In this document: positions 1 through 14,602 of the stretch, piece after piece | How the letters are laid out: each line of letters opens with the position of its first letter | Position numbering within the stretch: the stretch's first letter is position 1 | Assembly (NCBI RefSeq): GCF_009914755.1 | Contig: NC_060939.1 | DNA from: the human T2T-CHM13v2.0 reference genome, Homo sapiens | Strand: one strand, 5' to 3' | Length of the DNA stretch: 64,000 nt | Program-made: the position numbers and the translations under genes | Notes under the pieces: model-generated | Told to the model about the DNA's origin: nothing | The model's database searches: none | The model's input: the letters and a program-made list of their open reading frames with translations, nothing else

Positions 1-40
1 TGGAAGTTCTGTACCCCTCTCGACATACCTTGCCCTGTGT

Positions 41-377
41 GTTTTTTTTTTTTTTTTTTTGAGACAGAGTCTGGCTCTGTCTCCCAGCCTAGAGTGCCAT
101 GGCACAATTGTGGCTCACTGCGAACTATGCCTCCCTATCTCAAGCCCCATCCTCTCATCCTCTCACCTCAGCCTCCTGAGTAGCTAGAATTATAGGCACT
201 GAGTAGCTAGAACTATAGATAACTGTGCCTGGCTAATTTTTAGAAAAAAATCTTTTTGTAGAGATGCATTTTCACCTTGTTACCCAGGCTGGTCTTAATC
301 TCCTGAGCACTTAAGCGATGCTCCCGCCTCAGTCTCCCAAAGTGCTGAAATTACAGGCATGAGCCACTGCGCCCAGC
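41..377 (-). mobile_element. Alu SINE (old, AluJ-like)
   Basis: Poly-T followed by gagacagagtct...ggctcactg...ctcccaaagtgctgaaattacaggcatgagccactgcgcccagc, the reverse-complement Alu consensus; highly diverged. Confidence 0.9.
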
Positions 378-446
378 ATGTACATCTCTTTCACTGGCTG
401 TTTCTGAGATTTAGCCTTTAAAATGAACCAGTAAAAGAAAGTAAAT

Positions 447-748
<302 letters not shown>

Positions 749-749
749 A

Positions 750-1000
750 ATCTGTTTTTCTGAGTTCTGCAAGCTGTCCGAGCAAATGATTCCACCCACC
801 AATGGGGGTCATGAAACCCTGTTTTCTAACTGGTTGGTCAAAACTACATGTAACAACCCAAGACTTGCAATTGGCATGTGGAGTGAGGGTAGACTCCTGG
901 GACTGAGCTCCCATCCTGCGGGGTCTGCACTAACTCCAGGGAGTGTCAGGATGGAATTGTGGGATACTCAGTTGGGATCCAGATTGTCTGAAAATCAGTG
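750..1000. mobile_element. MER21-like LTR fragment (other pieces at 1-40 and 378-440, split by the two Alus)
   Basis: ctgagttctg...agcaaatgat...gggggtcatg...ggttggtca...gacttgcaattggcat...gggactgagc...tctgcactaactccagg resembles MER21-family LTRs (recognised from memory). Confidence 0.6.
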
Positions 1001-1011
1001 TAGAAACTCCA

Positions 1012-1931
<920 letters not shown>

Positions 1932-2043
1932 TCAACACAGCAAAGAGTTGCCAAGCTCCCTTTCTCCCCTGTACAACCCGACACAGAAGAGTTGGTGCAG
2001 TGGAATGAGGCTGGATGTAGAGAAGTTCCTCTTCTTTCTTTCC

Positions 2044-2353
2044 TTTTTTTTTTTTTTTTGAGATGGACTCTCGCTCTGTCACACAGGCTGGGGTGCCGTG
2101 GTGCAATCTCGGTCACTGTAACCTCTGCCTTATGGGTTTAATCAATTCTCTGCCTCAGCCTTCCGAATACCTGGGATTAGAGGCACCCCCCACCACACCC
2201 AGCTAATTTTTTTTTTTTTTTTTTTTTTTTTTTAGTGGAGACTGGGTTTCACTATGTTGGCCAGGCTGGTCTTGAACTCCTGACTTTAGGTGATCTACCC
2301 ACCTCGGCCTCCAAAAGTGCTAGGATTACAGGCATGAGCTGCTGTGCCCAGCC
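2044..2353 (-). mobile_element. Alu SINE (AluS-like) with expanded middle poly-T
   Basis: T-tract, gagatggactctcgctctgtc...ccaggctggtcttgaactcctgac...gattacaggcatgagc. Confidence 0.92.
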
Positions 2354-2499
2354 AAGAAGTTCCTCTTCTTACTTAGAAAACAGATCACAGGGCATCAAGT
2401 AACACGTAAAATCCTTTATAATAAGCAGTATTATTTTTGGAAAACCTTTCCTAATATTTTGGTATCAGCAAAAAGCCTCAGATTAATTTCAAACACTAT

Positions 2500-2856
2500 A
2501 AAAATACAATACATAAACAAAATATTAACTGTCAGCAATGCTATAGAGAAATTGGAAGCTGTATGCATTGCTTTTTGGAATGTAAAATGGTACAGCCCAC
2601 TGTGGAAAATGGTTTAGCAGCTCCTTAAAAATATGAAGCATAGAATTATATGATCCATCCACACCCTTTAAGCATATATACCCAAAAGAACTGAGAGCAG
2701 GGACTCAAACAGGTATTTGTACACCCGATTAACAGCAGCATTATTCACAGTGGCCAAAAGGTAGCCCAAACCTAATGCCCATCAGTAGGTGAATAGATAA
2801 AGAAAATGTAATATATACATACACAGAGTATTATTCAGCCATAAAAAGAAAAATAT
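2500..2856 (+). mobile_element. Old L1 (L1M) 3' ORF2/3'UTR fragment
   Basis: gtaaaatggtacagcccactgtggaaaatgg...tatatacccaaaagaactga...cagcagcattattcacagtggccaaaagg...tattattcagccataaaaag. Confidence 0.85.
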
Positions 2857-2857
2857 C

Positions 2858-2962
2858 TGGCCAGATTCAGCGGCTTACACCTGTAATCCCAGTATTTTGG
2901 GAGGCCAAGGTGGGCAGGTCTCTTGAGCCCCATATTTTGAGACCAGACTGGACAACATGGCA
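2858..2962 (+). mobile_element. Alu left-monomer/FLAM fragment
   Basis: ggccagattcagcggcttacacctgtaatcccagtattttgggaggccaaggtgggcagg...gagaccagactggacaacatgg; truncated by the duplication copy. Confidence 0.8.
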
Positions 2963-3510
2963 CATTTGGTTAGAAGTGTTTGACCATAACTACTATTCCA
3001 GAAAAAGATCTACTCATTAGAACTACAAATCATAAAATTATAAGTTCTACAAAAACAAATCAACCTTATCTACCACCCAGTTCTACCCAATTATATCATG
3101 TTAGAACAGAAGGTCTCACCGTGGACTCGGGAGCTGATATGAGAAATGTCACCACCATCCTGCTCTCCACGGAATCATCTTCAACAGACTCCTCATCTTC
3201 AATGGACTCCTCATCTTCCATGGACTCCTCATCTTCCATGGGCAGGGTGGAAACTGCAACTTGTGCCATGATCCCTGTGCAAAAAAGTAGTAAGACATTG
3301 AATGGTAGAAATGCAGTGTCCTAAACTCACATCCAGAGCTGTGAGAGTTTCTCACCGGCTGCCAAATTGTTTTTTGGGTCAGAGAAAAAAATAAAACTTG
3401 GTAACCTGGTACTCTACTTGCCCCAAACTCTCATCAGATAGAGAATTTATCCGCTAACTTTCTATCTAGTATTATTTCCATGAAGTTACATCAATATCAC
3501 TCCCAAAATA
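2960..3510. repeat. Copy 2 of the ~520-bp duplication, with an internal 18-bp tandem repeat (gactcctcatcttc[a/c]atg) expanded
   Basis: Paralogous to 1012-1530; extra copies of the 18-mer at ~3175-3240. Confidence 0.9.
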
Positions 3511-5930
3511 AATCCAGGTGGAAGACTAAATCCAAAGCTAGCAGAAGGAAAGAAATAATAAAGAGCATAATTAGAGCATAAATCAATAAAATAGAAGGTT
3601 GGAGAGCAGTAGAATGAAAAAATGTAGATTCTTTGAAAGATCAAGCCTTTCACTATATTGACTGAGCAAAAGATGGGAGACTAATTATTAAAATAATAAA
3701 TGAAAGCAGAGCCATTACTACTAACTTTACAGAAATACAAAAGGATTACAGGAGTATACTGTGAACAACTGTCTAGCAACAAATTAGGTGTCCTGGATGA
3801 AATGGATGAATCGCTAGAAAGACACAAACTACCAAAGTGGCTCAAGAAGAAAGAGAAAATCTGAATAGACCTATAACCTAGGAGATTGAATTAGTAATCG
3901 AAAGTGATTAACAAAGAAGCATTTATGACCAAATAGCTGCATTAACTGGTGAGTCAACCTAACATTTAAAGAAGAATTAATACCATTTCTTCTCAAACTC
4001 TTCTGACAAAATATATGAAGAAGGAATACTTGCTAATTCATTTTTTGATAACAGCATTATTCTTATACCAAAGACAAAGAGAGCACAAAAGAGAGAAATA
4101 CACCACTATATCCCTTATGAATATATAAGCAAAAATCTCAGCAAAATACTAGCAATACTAGCAAAATACTAGCAGCAATATTGTATAATCAAAGGATTGT
4201 AAACTATCACCCTTTGAGATTTATCCCCAAAATGCAAGGGTGGTTCAACATATAAAAAATCAATCAGTGTAATATGCTGTAACAGTAAAATGAATAAGCA
4301 CGTGATTATTTCAATTGATGCAGAGAAAACATTGATGAAATACAACACCCTTCTATAATAAAAATACTCAATAAACTAGGCATAGAAGGGATCTTCTGCA
4401 ACATGACAATGGGATGTACAAAAACCCAACAGTTAATATCATGATCAATGATGAAACACTGAAAGCTGTTTTCCTAACATCTAGAAGAAAAGGATGGTGC
4501 ATTTGCCACTTGTATTCAACGTAGCACTGGCAGTTCTAGCCAGAGCAATTAGGCAAGACAAAGAAATAAAAGGCATCTAAATCAGAAATAAAAAATAGGT
4601 GTAAAATTATATCTACACATGATCTTATGGGTATAAAGCTCCAAACAAAACACAAAACCGATTATAACTAATAAAAGAGGCAGGATGCAAACAAACATAG
4701 GCAAATGAGCTATATTTCTATATAGTTGTAAAGAACTATGAAAACATTTTAAAAATTCCATTTATAATGACATCAAAGAATACGTTATTCAGGCATAAAT
4801 CTAACCATGGTGGTATACACAAAACATTGCTGCAAAAAACTAAAGAGAGTGGAAATAAGTGGAAAGACATTCTGTGTTCACGGGTTGTAAGACAATATTG
4901 TTAAGATGACAATACCATCTAAAGTAATCTACAGATTCAATGCAATACCATCAAAATCCCAAAGGCATTTTTGCAGAAACAAAGAAACTCATTCTAAAAT
5001 CATACAAAAATTCAAAGGATCTGACAGACAAAACAGTCTTGAAAAAGAACATTGGAAAACTCACATTTTTCAGTTTCAGAGCCTACTACAAATCTACAGT
5101 AATCAAGAGAGTGTGGTACTGGAATAAGACCAATAGACTTTCAGACCAATACAACAGAACAGATTTGAGATCCTACAAGTTAGTCCTCACATATATGGTC
5201 AATGACTGTTCAACAAGGTGGCCAAGTCTAGTCAAGGGAGGAAAGAACAGTCTCTTCAACAGCTGGATGTCAGTGCACAAGAGAGAAGTTAGACCCCTAC
5301 CTTGCAGTATATACAAAAATTAATTCTAAATTATAAAAGACTTAAATGTAAGAACTAAAAATATGTAACTCTTAGAAGAAAACACACGGTAAACCTTTAT
5401 GACCTTTGAGTTTTAAGTGTATTTTGAAATGTGACAGAAAAGCACAGATAACAAAAGAAAATACAGGAAAATTAGATTGAATCAAAATAAAAAACCCTTT
5501 ATGCATCAAAGGATACTATCAAGGGAGTGAAAAGACAACCCATAATATGTGAGAAAATATGTATCTGATAAAATCAAAATGTGTATCTGATAAAAGCTTA
5601 ATATCCCACAACTCAACAACAGAATTTCTAAGATCCCAATTAAAAAATAGGCAAAGGACTTGAACAGACATTTCTCCAAAGAAGATACACAAATGTCTAA
5701 GAAGGAAAAGAAAAGATGCTAAACACCATTATTCATTAATAAAATGCAAGGCAAAACCCAAATGAGATGCCACTTTGCATCCACTAGTAAGGCTTTCATA
5801 ACAACGACACAGAAAATCAATGTTGCTAAGGAGGTGGAGAAACTAGAGCCCTCATGAACTGGCTGCTAGGAATAGAAAATGATGCACTTGCTGTGGAAAA
5901 GAGTTTGGTGGTTCCTCAAAGAATCACACA
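3510..5930 (+). mobile_element. Old degenerate LINE-1 ORF2 region (L1M-type)
   Basis: A-rich; short ORFs with L1 ORF2 remnants (IYRFNAIP, YYKSTVIKRVWYW); many stops and frameshifts. Confidence 0.9.
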
Positions 5931-5931
5931 G

Positions 5932-7035
5932 AGAAACAGGCGCCGCTGGCTTGCGGGTTCTCCTGGGCTGGCGCGGGACATCCCGGAATCGCAGGCGCGC
6001 GCATTCCTTCCCGCCTGAGGGCCCGCCTGGCCGTGACTCCCGCCCCTCTCCTCCTCCGAAGAGAGATCGGGGCCGCCCCAGGGGCCGTCTGCAGCCACCG
6101 GGGATGGGGCTGAGGGTCGGTTCCTGCCCCGGTGCAGCCGCCCCTGGGTAGACCGCCTGGCTTGGTCGCAGCCACGGCGACATCTAGCCCCGGTTCTGCG
6201 AGGCTGGGCGCGCCAGCCAGCTTGGGAGTCGCCCGGCGCCTGTAGCTGGGCGCCCAGGTGGTGGAGCATGTCCTGGGCAGCCTCTGGATCGCGGGTGCCC
6301 CTGGCCTGAGAGCCTGCCAGACCCTGTCCCGGCCCGGCTCCTCCTCTGTCAGAGCTCCACATCTCTATTCAGGGGCCCTCTGCAGCCACAGGGGATGGGG
6401 CTGAGGGCCGGTTCCCGCCCCTGTGCAGCTGCTGCGGGACAGACCGCCTGGCTTGGCCACAGCCACAGGGACATTTGGCCCTGCTTCCGAGATGTGGGGA
6501 GTGTGGGCGGGCTCGGGAGTTGCCTGGAGGCTGCTGCCTGCACGCAGAAGGCGGCTGCAGCTCGGGTGCCCAGGCGGGCTGGAGGTACATGGCCTGGTCG
6601 GTCTTGGGATCGCCAGCGCACCCAGCCTGAGGGCCCCCAGGCCGTGCCTCCCGACCACTCCTCCACCTGAGGGAGATCGGAGCCGTTTGTATGGGCAGTC
6701 GGCAGTCACCTCGTGTGGGGTTGAGCGGTGGGTTCTCAGTTCTCGCTCCTGTGCAGCTGCTGCCGCAGGGCAGAATGCCTGGCTTGGCTGCAGCCACTGG
6801 GACACGTGGCCCTGCTTCTATGATGCTAGGAGCGCGAGCGGGCTCGGGGGTTGCCAGGCAGCTGCTGCCTGCACACAGAGGGCGACGGCAGCTTGGGCGC
6901 CCAGATGGCAGAGCATGGTTTGGGTGGCCTCTGGAATGCATGCGCGCCAGGCCTGAGGTTCACCCTGGTGGGGCCACATACCCCGGTCTTCCTCTGCTGG
7001 AGCCTGGAGCAGCTGGAATGGCCACTATTCCGTCA
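5932..7035. repeat. GC/CpG-rich block of ~3 diverged ~290-320-bp tandem units (possibly REP522-like)
   Basis: ggggatggggctgaggg...gtgcagc...gaccgcctggcttgg[tc]c[ag]cagccac recurs at ~6100, ~6390 and ~6720-6800; family name is tentative. Confidence 0.55.
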
Positions 7036-7126
7036 CAGGGGATAGAGTTAAGTTTTCTTATCCCACCCATGCACGCAAAAAGGTGACTATTCTGTGAGGT
7101 AATAAACGTGTTAATTGACTTCATTC

Positions 7127-7284
7127 ATGCCACTCTGCATCCACAAGTAAGGCTTTCATAACAATGACACAGAAAATAAATGTTGCTAAGGAGGTGGAGA
7201 AGTTGGAGTCCTCATGATCTGGCTGCTAGGAATAGAAAATGATGCCCTTGCTGCGGAAAACAATTTGGTTGTTCCTCACAGAAT
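7127..7284 (+). repeat. Duplicate of the L1M segment at 5768-5925
   Basis: tgccact[tc]tgcatccac[ta]agtaaggctttcataaca...ggctgctaggaatagaaaatgatgc...gttcctca[ac]agaat occurs on both sides of the GC-rich block. Confidence 0.85.
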
Positions 7285-7289
7285 GAGCA

Positions 7290-9830
<2,541 letters not shown>

Positions 9831-10136
9831 CCCCTGAACCTGACCCTGACCCCTGACCCTGATCCCTAACCCCTGATCCTGACCCCTAACCCCTGACCCT
9901 AACCCTAACCCCTAACCCTAACCCTTAACCGTAAACCCTAAGCCTAACCCCTAACCACAACCCTCACCCTCACACTAATCCAACCCTAACCCCTTATCCC
10001 TAACCCCTAAACTCTCCTAACCTCTAACTCTAAACGTTGACTCTTAACTCTTAACTCTGACCCCAACCCCTATCTCCAACCCCTAACCCTAAACTTAACC
10101 CCTAACCCCTAACCCTAACACCAACCTTAACCCTAG
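9831..10136 (+). repeat. Degenerate interstitial telomeric repeat (CCCTAA)n with CCCTGA/CCCTCA variants
   Basis: ccctgaccctgacccctgacc...ccctaaccctaacccctaacccta directly visible. Confidence 0.95.
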
Positions 10137-10933
10137 GTTCGTTACTACGTTTGTACTATGCCAATGTTGATTATTATGATCTCTGTCTTAGGACTGCATG
10201 GCAGCAAGGGGATTGCGGATCTTATATTAATATTTTTGTATTGAGGCAGTGCATTAGCATTACAGGTGCTTGTTACATGAGCAATGGGGGTGTCATATTT
10301 TGGGTGTCATGTCTGCATTAGGAATGCTGCATTTGTCTTCCGAGGCTGCGGTGTGGATCTCGCACTGCAGCCGCTTCGGCTTGGCTGGGGAGAACCTCGG
10401 TGGGCGGGATTCAGAGGGGCTTTTGGTTTCCCTTTTCCACACTGAGCCCTTCTAACTGGTCTCTGACCCTGATTATTCAGGGCTGCAAAAGGGAAGGATT
10501 TTATTCACCGTCTATGCGGTCCCGAGTTGTCCCAAAGCGAGGCAGTGCCCCAAAGGTCTGTGCTGAGGAGAACGCTGCTCTGCCTTAGCGGTGTCCCCCG
10601 GGTCTGTGCTGAGCAGAACGCAGCTCCGCCCTCGCGGTGCCCCCGGCCCGCCTGGGTCTGTGCTGAGGAGAACACTGCTCCGCCTTCGCTGTATCTCTGA
10701 AGTCTGTGCAGAGGAGAACTCACCTCCGCCCTGGCGATGCTCTCCTTGTCTGTGCTGGGAAGAACGCAGCTCTGCCCTCGCAAAGGCGCACAGCGCCGGC
10801 GCAGGCGCAGAGAGGCCTACAGCGCTGGCGAAAGGCGCAGAGAGGCCCACAGCGCCGGCGCAGGCGCAGAGAGGCCCACAGCGCCGGCGCAGGCGCAGAG
10901 AGGCCCACAGCGCCGGCGCAGGCGCAGAGAGGC
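10137..10933. repeat. TAR1 telomere-associated repeat including 61-bp and 29-bp tandem repeats
   Basis: gcattagcattacaggtgcttgttacatgagcaatggggg...; 61-bp-type units tctgtgctgaggagaacgc[a/t]gctccgccct at ~10550-10780; about 5 copies of the 29-mer ggcgcaggcgcagagaggcccacagcgcc at ~10785-10933. Confidence 0.9.
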
Positions 10934-12466
10934 AGAAGGCCCATGAGGGGAAGGTGAGACACCTGGGGCAAAGAAGAAAAAAAAATGCGCCGCGAAGCGG
11001 TGTCTGGGTCATCCAGGGACGAAAGTTTTTTCCCATCAGCCCTTGCGCTGGGCCCCAGGGACCCTGGCATCCCTGGTTCACGCCCGGGTGTGCCTCAGGC
11101 GACTAGGCGTACCCCAACTTGGACAGAAGGCCCATGAGTGGAAGTTGAAGTTTGTGGGAGGAGAGGTGAGGCACCAGGGGCAGAATAAAAAAAAAAAAGA
11201 GGACCGTGTCTCAGAGAAGCGGGACCTGGGTCCCCCACGGATGAAAGTGCCTTCCCATCAGGCCCTATGCTGGGCCTGGTAGACCCTGGCGACCCTGGTT
11301 CGAGCCCAGGGTGAGCCTCGGGTCAGCTTGGGGTACCACAAAGCGAACAAAAGGTCCATGAGGGGAAGGTGAGGCACCTGAGGCAGAGAAAAAAAAACGC
11401 TCAGCCGAGAAGCAGTGCCTGGGCCCCCCACGGATGAAAGTGCCATCCCATCAGCCCCTTCGCTGGGCCCTGGGGACCCTGGCATCCCTGGTTTGACCCT
11501 GGGATACGCCTCGGGACAGTAGGGGTACCCCAAGGTGGGCAGAAAGCCCCTAAGGGGAAGGTGAGGCACCTGGGGCAGAGAATAAAAAGAAAAACTTCGC
11601 CGCGGAGAAGCACGGCCTGGGTGCCCCACAGACGAAAGTGTCTTCCCATCAGTCCCTGCACTGGGACCCAGGGACCCTGGTGTCCCTCGTTCGAGCTCAG
11701 GGTGTGCCTCGGCCGCCAAGTGCACCCCAAGGGGGACTTTGGGGACACAAAGCCCGTGAGGGGAAGGTGAGTTTTGAGGAAGGAGAGGTGAGGCACCTGT
11801 CACAGAAAAAGAAAAAAAAAACCCCGCCGCAGAGAGGTGTGGCCTGGGTACCCCACGGATGAAAGTGCCTTCCCATCAGCCCCTGCACTGGGCCCCGTGG
11901 AACCTAGAGTCCCTGGTTCGAGCTCAGGGAGAGCCTCGGGCCACTAGGGGTACCCCAAGGCGGTGGAAAGCCCATGAGAGGAAGGTGAGCTGTGAGGGAG
12001 GAGAGGTGAGACACTTGTGGCAGAAAAGAAAAAGAAACCGCGCCACGGAGAAGTGGGGCCTGGGTCTCCCATGGAAAGAAAGTGCCTTCCCATCAGTCCC
12101 TGAGCTGGGCCCCATGGGCCCAGGCGACCCTGGTTCTAGGCCTGGGTGCACCTCGGGGCCACTAGGTGTACCCCAAAGCGGGCAGAAGGCCCATGAGGGG
12201 AAGGTGAGGTTTGAGGGAAGAGAGGTGAGGCACCTGCGGCAGAAAAAAAAAAAAACATGCGGAAAAGAAGCGGGGGCTGGGTCTCCCACGGACGAAAGTG
12301 CCTTCTCATCAGCCCCTGCGCTGGGCCCCCTGGACTCTGGCGACCCTAGTTCAAGGACCAGAAGAGACTCCGGCATCCTAGGGTACCCTAAGAAAGCCAG
12401 AAAGCCCATGAGGGGAAGGCGAGATTTAAGGGAGGAGAGGTGAGTCACCTGTGGCAGAAAAAAAAG

Positions 12467-12536
<70 letters not shown>

Positions 12537-14226
12537 GCACCTCGGAGAAGCCGGGCCTGGGTCCCCACTGATGAAAGTGCCTTCCCATCAGCCCCTGCGC
12601 TAGCCCCGAGAACCTGGCGACCCTGATTGGAGACCCAGGAGCGCCTCGGGCCTGCTCGTGGTACCCCAAATCAGGCAGAAGGCCAGTGAGGGGAAGGTGA
12701 GGCACCAGGGGTGGAGAAAAAAAACCACAGCTTTGAGAAGCGGGGGCTGGGTACCCACGGATGAAGGTAACTTCCCATCAGACCCTGCGCTAGGCCCCGG
12801 CGACCCTGGCATCCATGGTTCGAGTCCAGGGAGCGCCTTGGGCCGCTAGGGGTACCCCAAGTTGAGCAGAAAGCCCATGATGGGAAGTTGACGTTTGAGG
12901 GAGGAGAGGTGAGGAACCTGTGGCAGAAAAAAAAAGAAAACAAGCCGCGCCGAGGAGAAGCTGGGCCTGGGTCCCCCAAGGATGAAAATGCCTTCCCATC
13001 AGTCCCTGCGCTGGGCCCTGTGGACCCTGGAGACCCCGGTTCGAGCCCCTGGTGCGCCTCGGGCCCGCTAGGGGTACCACAAGGCGGGCAGAAATCCCAT
13101 GAGGGGCAGTTGAGGTTTGAGGAAGGAGAGGTGAGGCACCTGTGACAGAAAAAAACAACTGCACCACGAAGAAGCGGAGCCTGGGTCCCCAACGGATGAA
13201 AGTGTCTTCCCATCAGCCCTTGCGCTGGGCCCAGGGGACCCTGGCATTCCTGGTTCGAGACCAGGGTGAGCTTCAGGCCGCTAGGGGTACCCAAAAGCGG
13301 GCAGAAGGCCCATGAGGGGAAGGTGACACACCTGGGGCAGAGAGAAAAAAAAACAACAACCGTGCCGCGGATAAGCGGGGCCTGGGTCCCCCACAGAAGA
13401 AACTGTCTTCCCATCAGCACTTGCACTGTGCCCCGGGGACACTGGTATCCCTGGCTCGAGCCCAGCATGCGCCTCGGCCTGCTAGGGGTAACCCAAGACA
13501 GACAGAAGGCCCATGAGGGAAAGGTGAGACACCTGGGGCAGAGAAGAAAATAAAAAACTGCGCCGCCCAGAAGTGGGGCCTGGGTCCCCCATGGACGAAC
13601 GTCCCTACCCATAAGCCCTGCACTGGGCCCCGGATACCCTAGCATCCCTGGCTCAAAACAAGGGTGCGCCTCGGGCCGGCTAGGGGTACATCAAGGCGAG
13701 CAGAAAGCACATGACGGGAAAGAGAGGCACCTGGGGAAAAGAAAAAAAAAAAAAAAACGCCACAGAGAAGCAGAGCCTTGGTCCCCGAGGAAGAACGTGT
13801 CTCCCATCAGCCACTGTGCTTGGCCCAGCAGAACCTGGCTTCCATGGTTGGAGCCTAGGGTGTGCCTCGGGCCGCTAGGGGTACAACAAAGCGTGCAGAA
13901 GGCACAACAGGGGAAGGAGAGGCACATGGGGCAGAGAAAAAAAAATCCCTGCCGCGGAGAAGCGGGGACTGCGTCCTAAACACGGACGAAAGTGTCTTCC
14001 CATCAGACCTTGCGCTGGGCCTCAGGGACCCTGGAGTCTCTGGTTCGAGCCCACAGTGCACCTCGGACCGCTAGGTGTAACCCAAGGCAGACAGAAGGCC
14101 CATGAGGGGAAGGTGAGATTTGAGGAAGGAGAGGTGAGGCAACTATAGCAGGAAAAAAAAAAACCGCGCCACGGAGAAGCAGGGCATGAGTCCCCCACAG
14201 ACGAAAGTGCCTTCCCATCAGGCCCT
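10930..14226. repeat. GC-rich gamma-satellite array (GSATII-like), about 16 monomers of ~190-220 bp
   Basis: Recurring gcagaaggcccatgaggggaaggtgaggcacctggggcaga(A)n...gcctgggtcccccacggatgaaagtgccttcccatcagcccctgcgctgggccc; the cccatcag anchor recurs about every 200 bp from 11032 to 14214. Confidence 0.8.
12481..12534. repeat. (AT)n microsatellite grown from a satellite poly-A tract
   Basis: Poly-A followed by about 27 AT dinucleotides. Confidence 0.95.
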
Positions 14227-14602
14227 GAGGGTTTGAGACAGAATGAGGAGTGACTAATGTCTACAGGGTTTTTCTCTGGTCGGGGGTGATAAGACGTTCT
14301 ACAATGGATTGCGAATTAAAATTGAATGTGCACAACCACAGGTATACTAAAAGCCACTCAATTCATGACTGTTAATGGGGGAATCTTATGTGGCGCAGTC
14401 TCATGGAGACCACGGCAGACATAGTGAGAGAGAAAAAGGTGAGTAAATATCTGAAACGGAGGCAGAAACAGAGAGAATGAAAAGCCCTGTGAATGGAAGG
14501 GAGAGCGAAAAGGGAAAATGGTCCCATTTACAAATGACAGATGTGAAACTGGGGTTCACATCAACAGTGTCACTGCCAGGAAGGAGGGTCATGCTAGCCA
14601 TG

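Noticed and set aside
10505-14218. ORFs up to 324 aa in TAR1 and gamma-satellite
   Set aside because: GC-rich tandem-repeat artefacts with poly-A slippage that shifts frames
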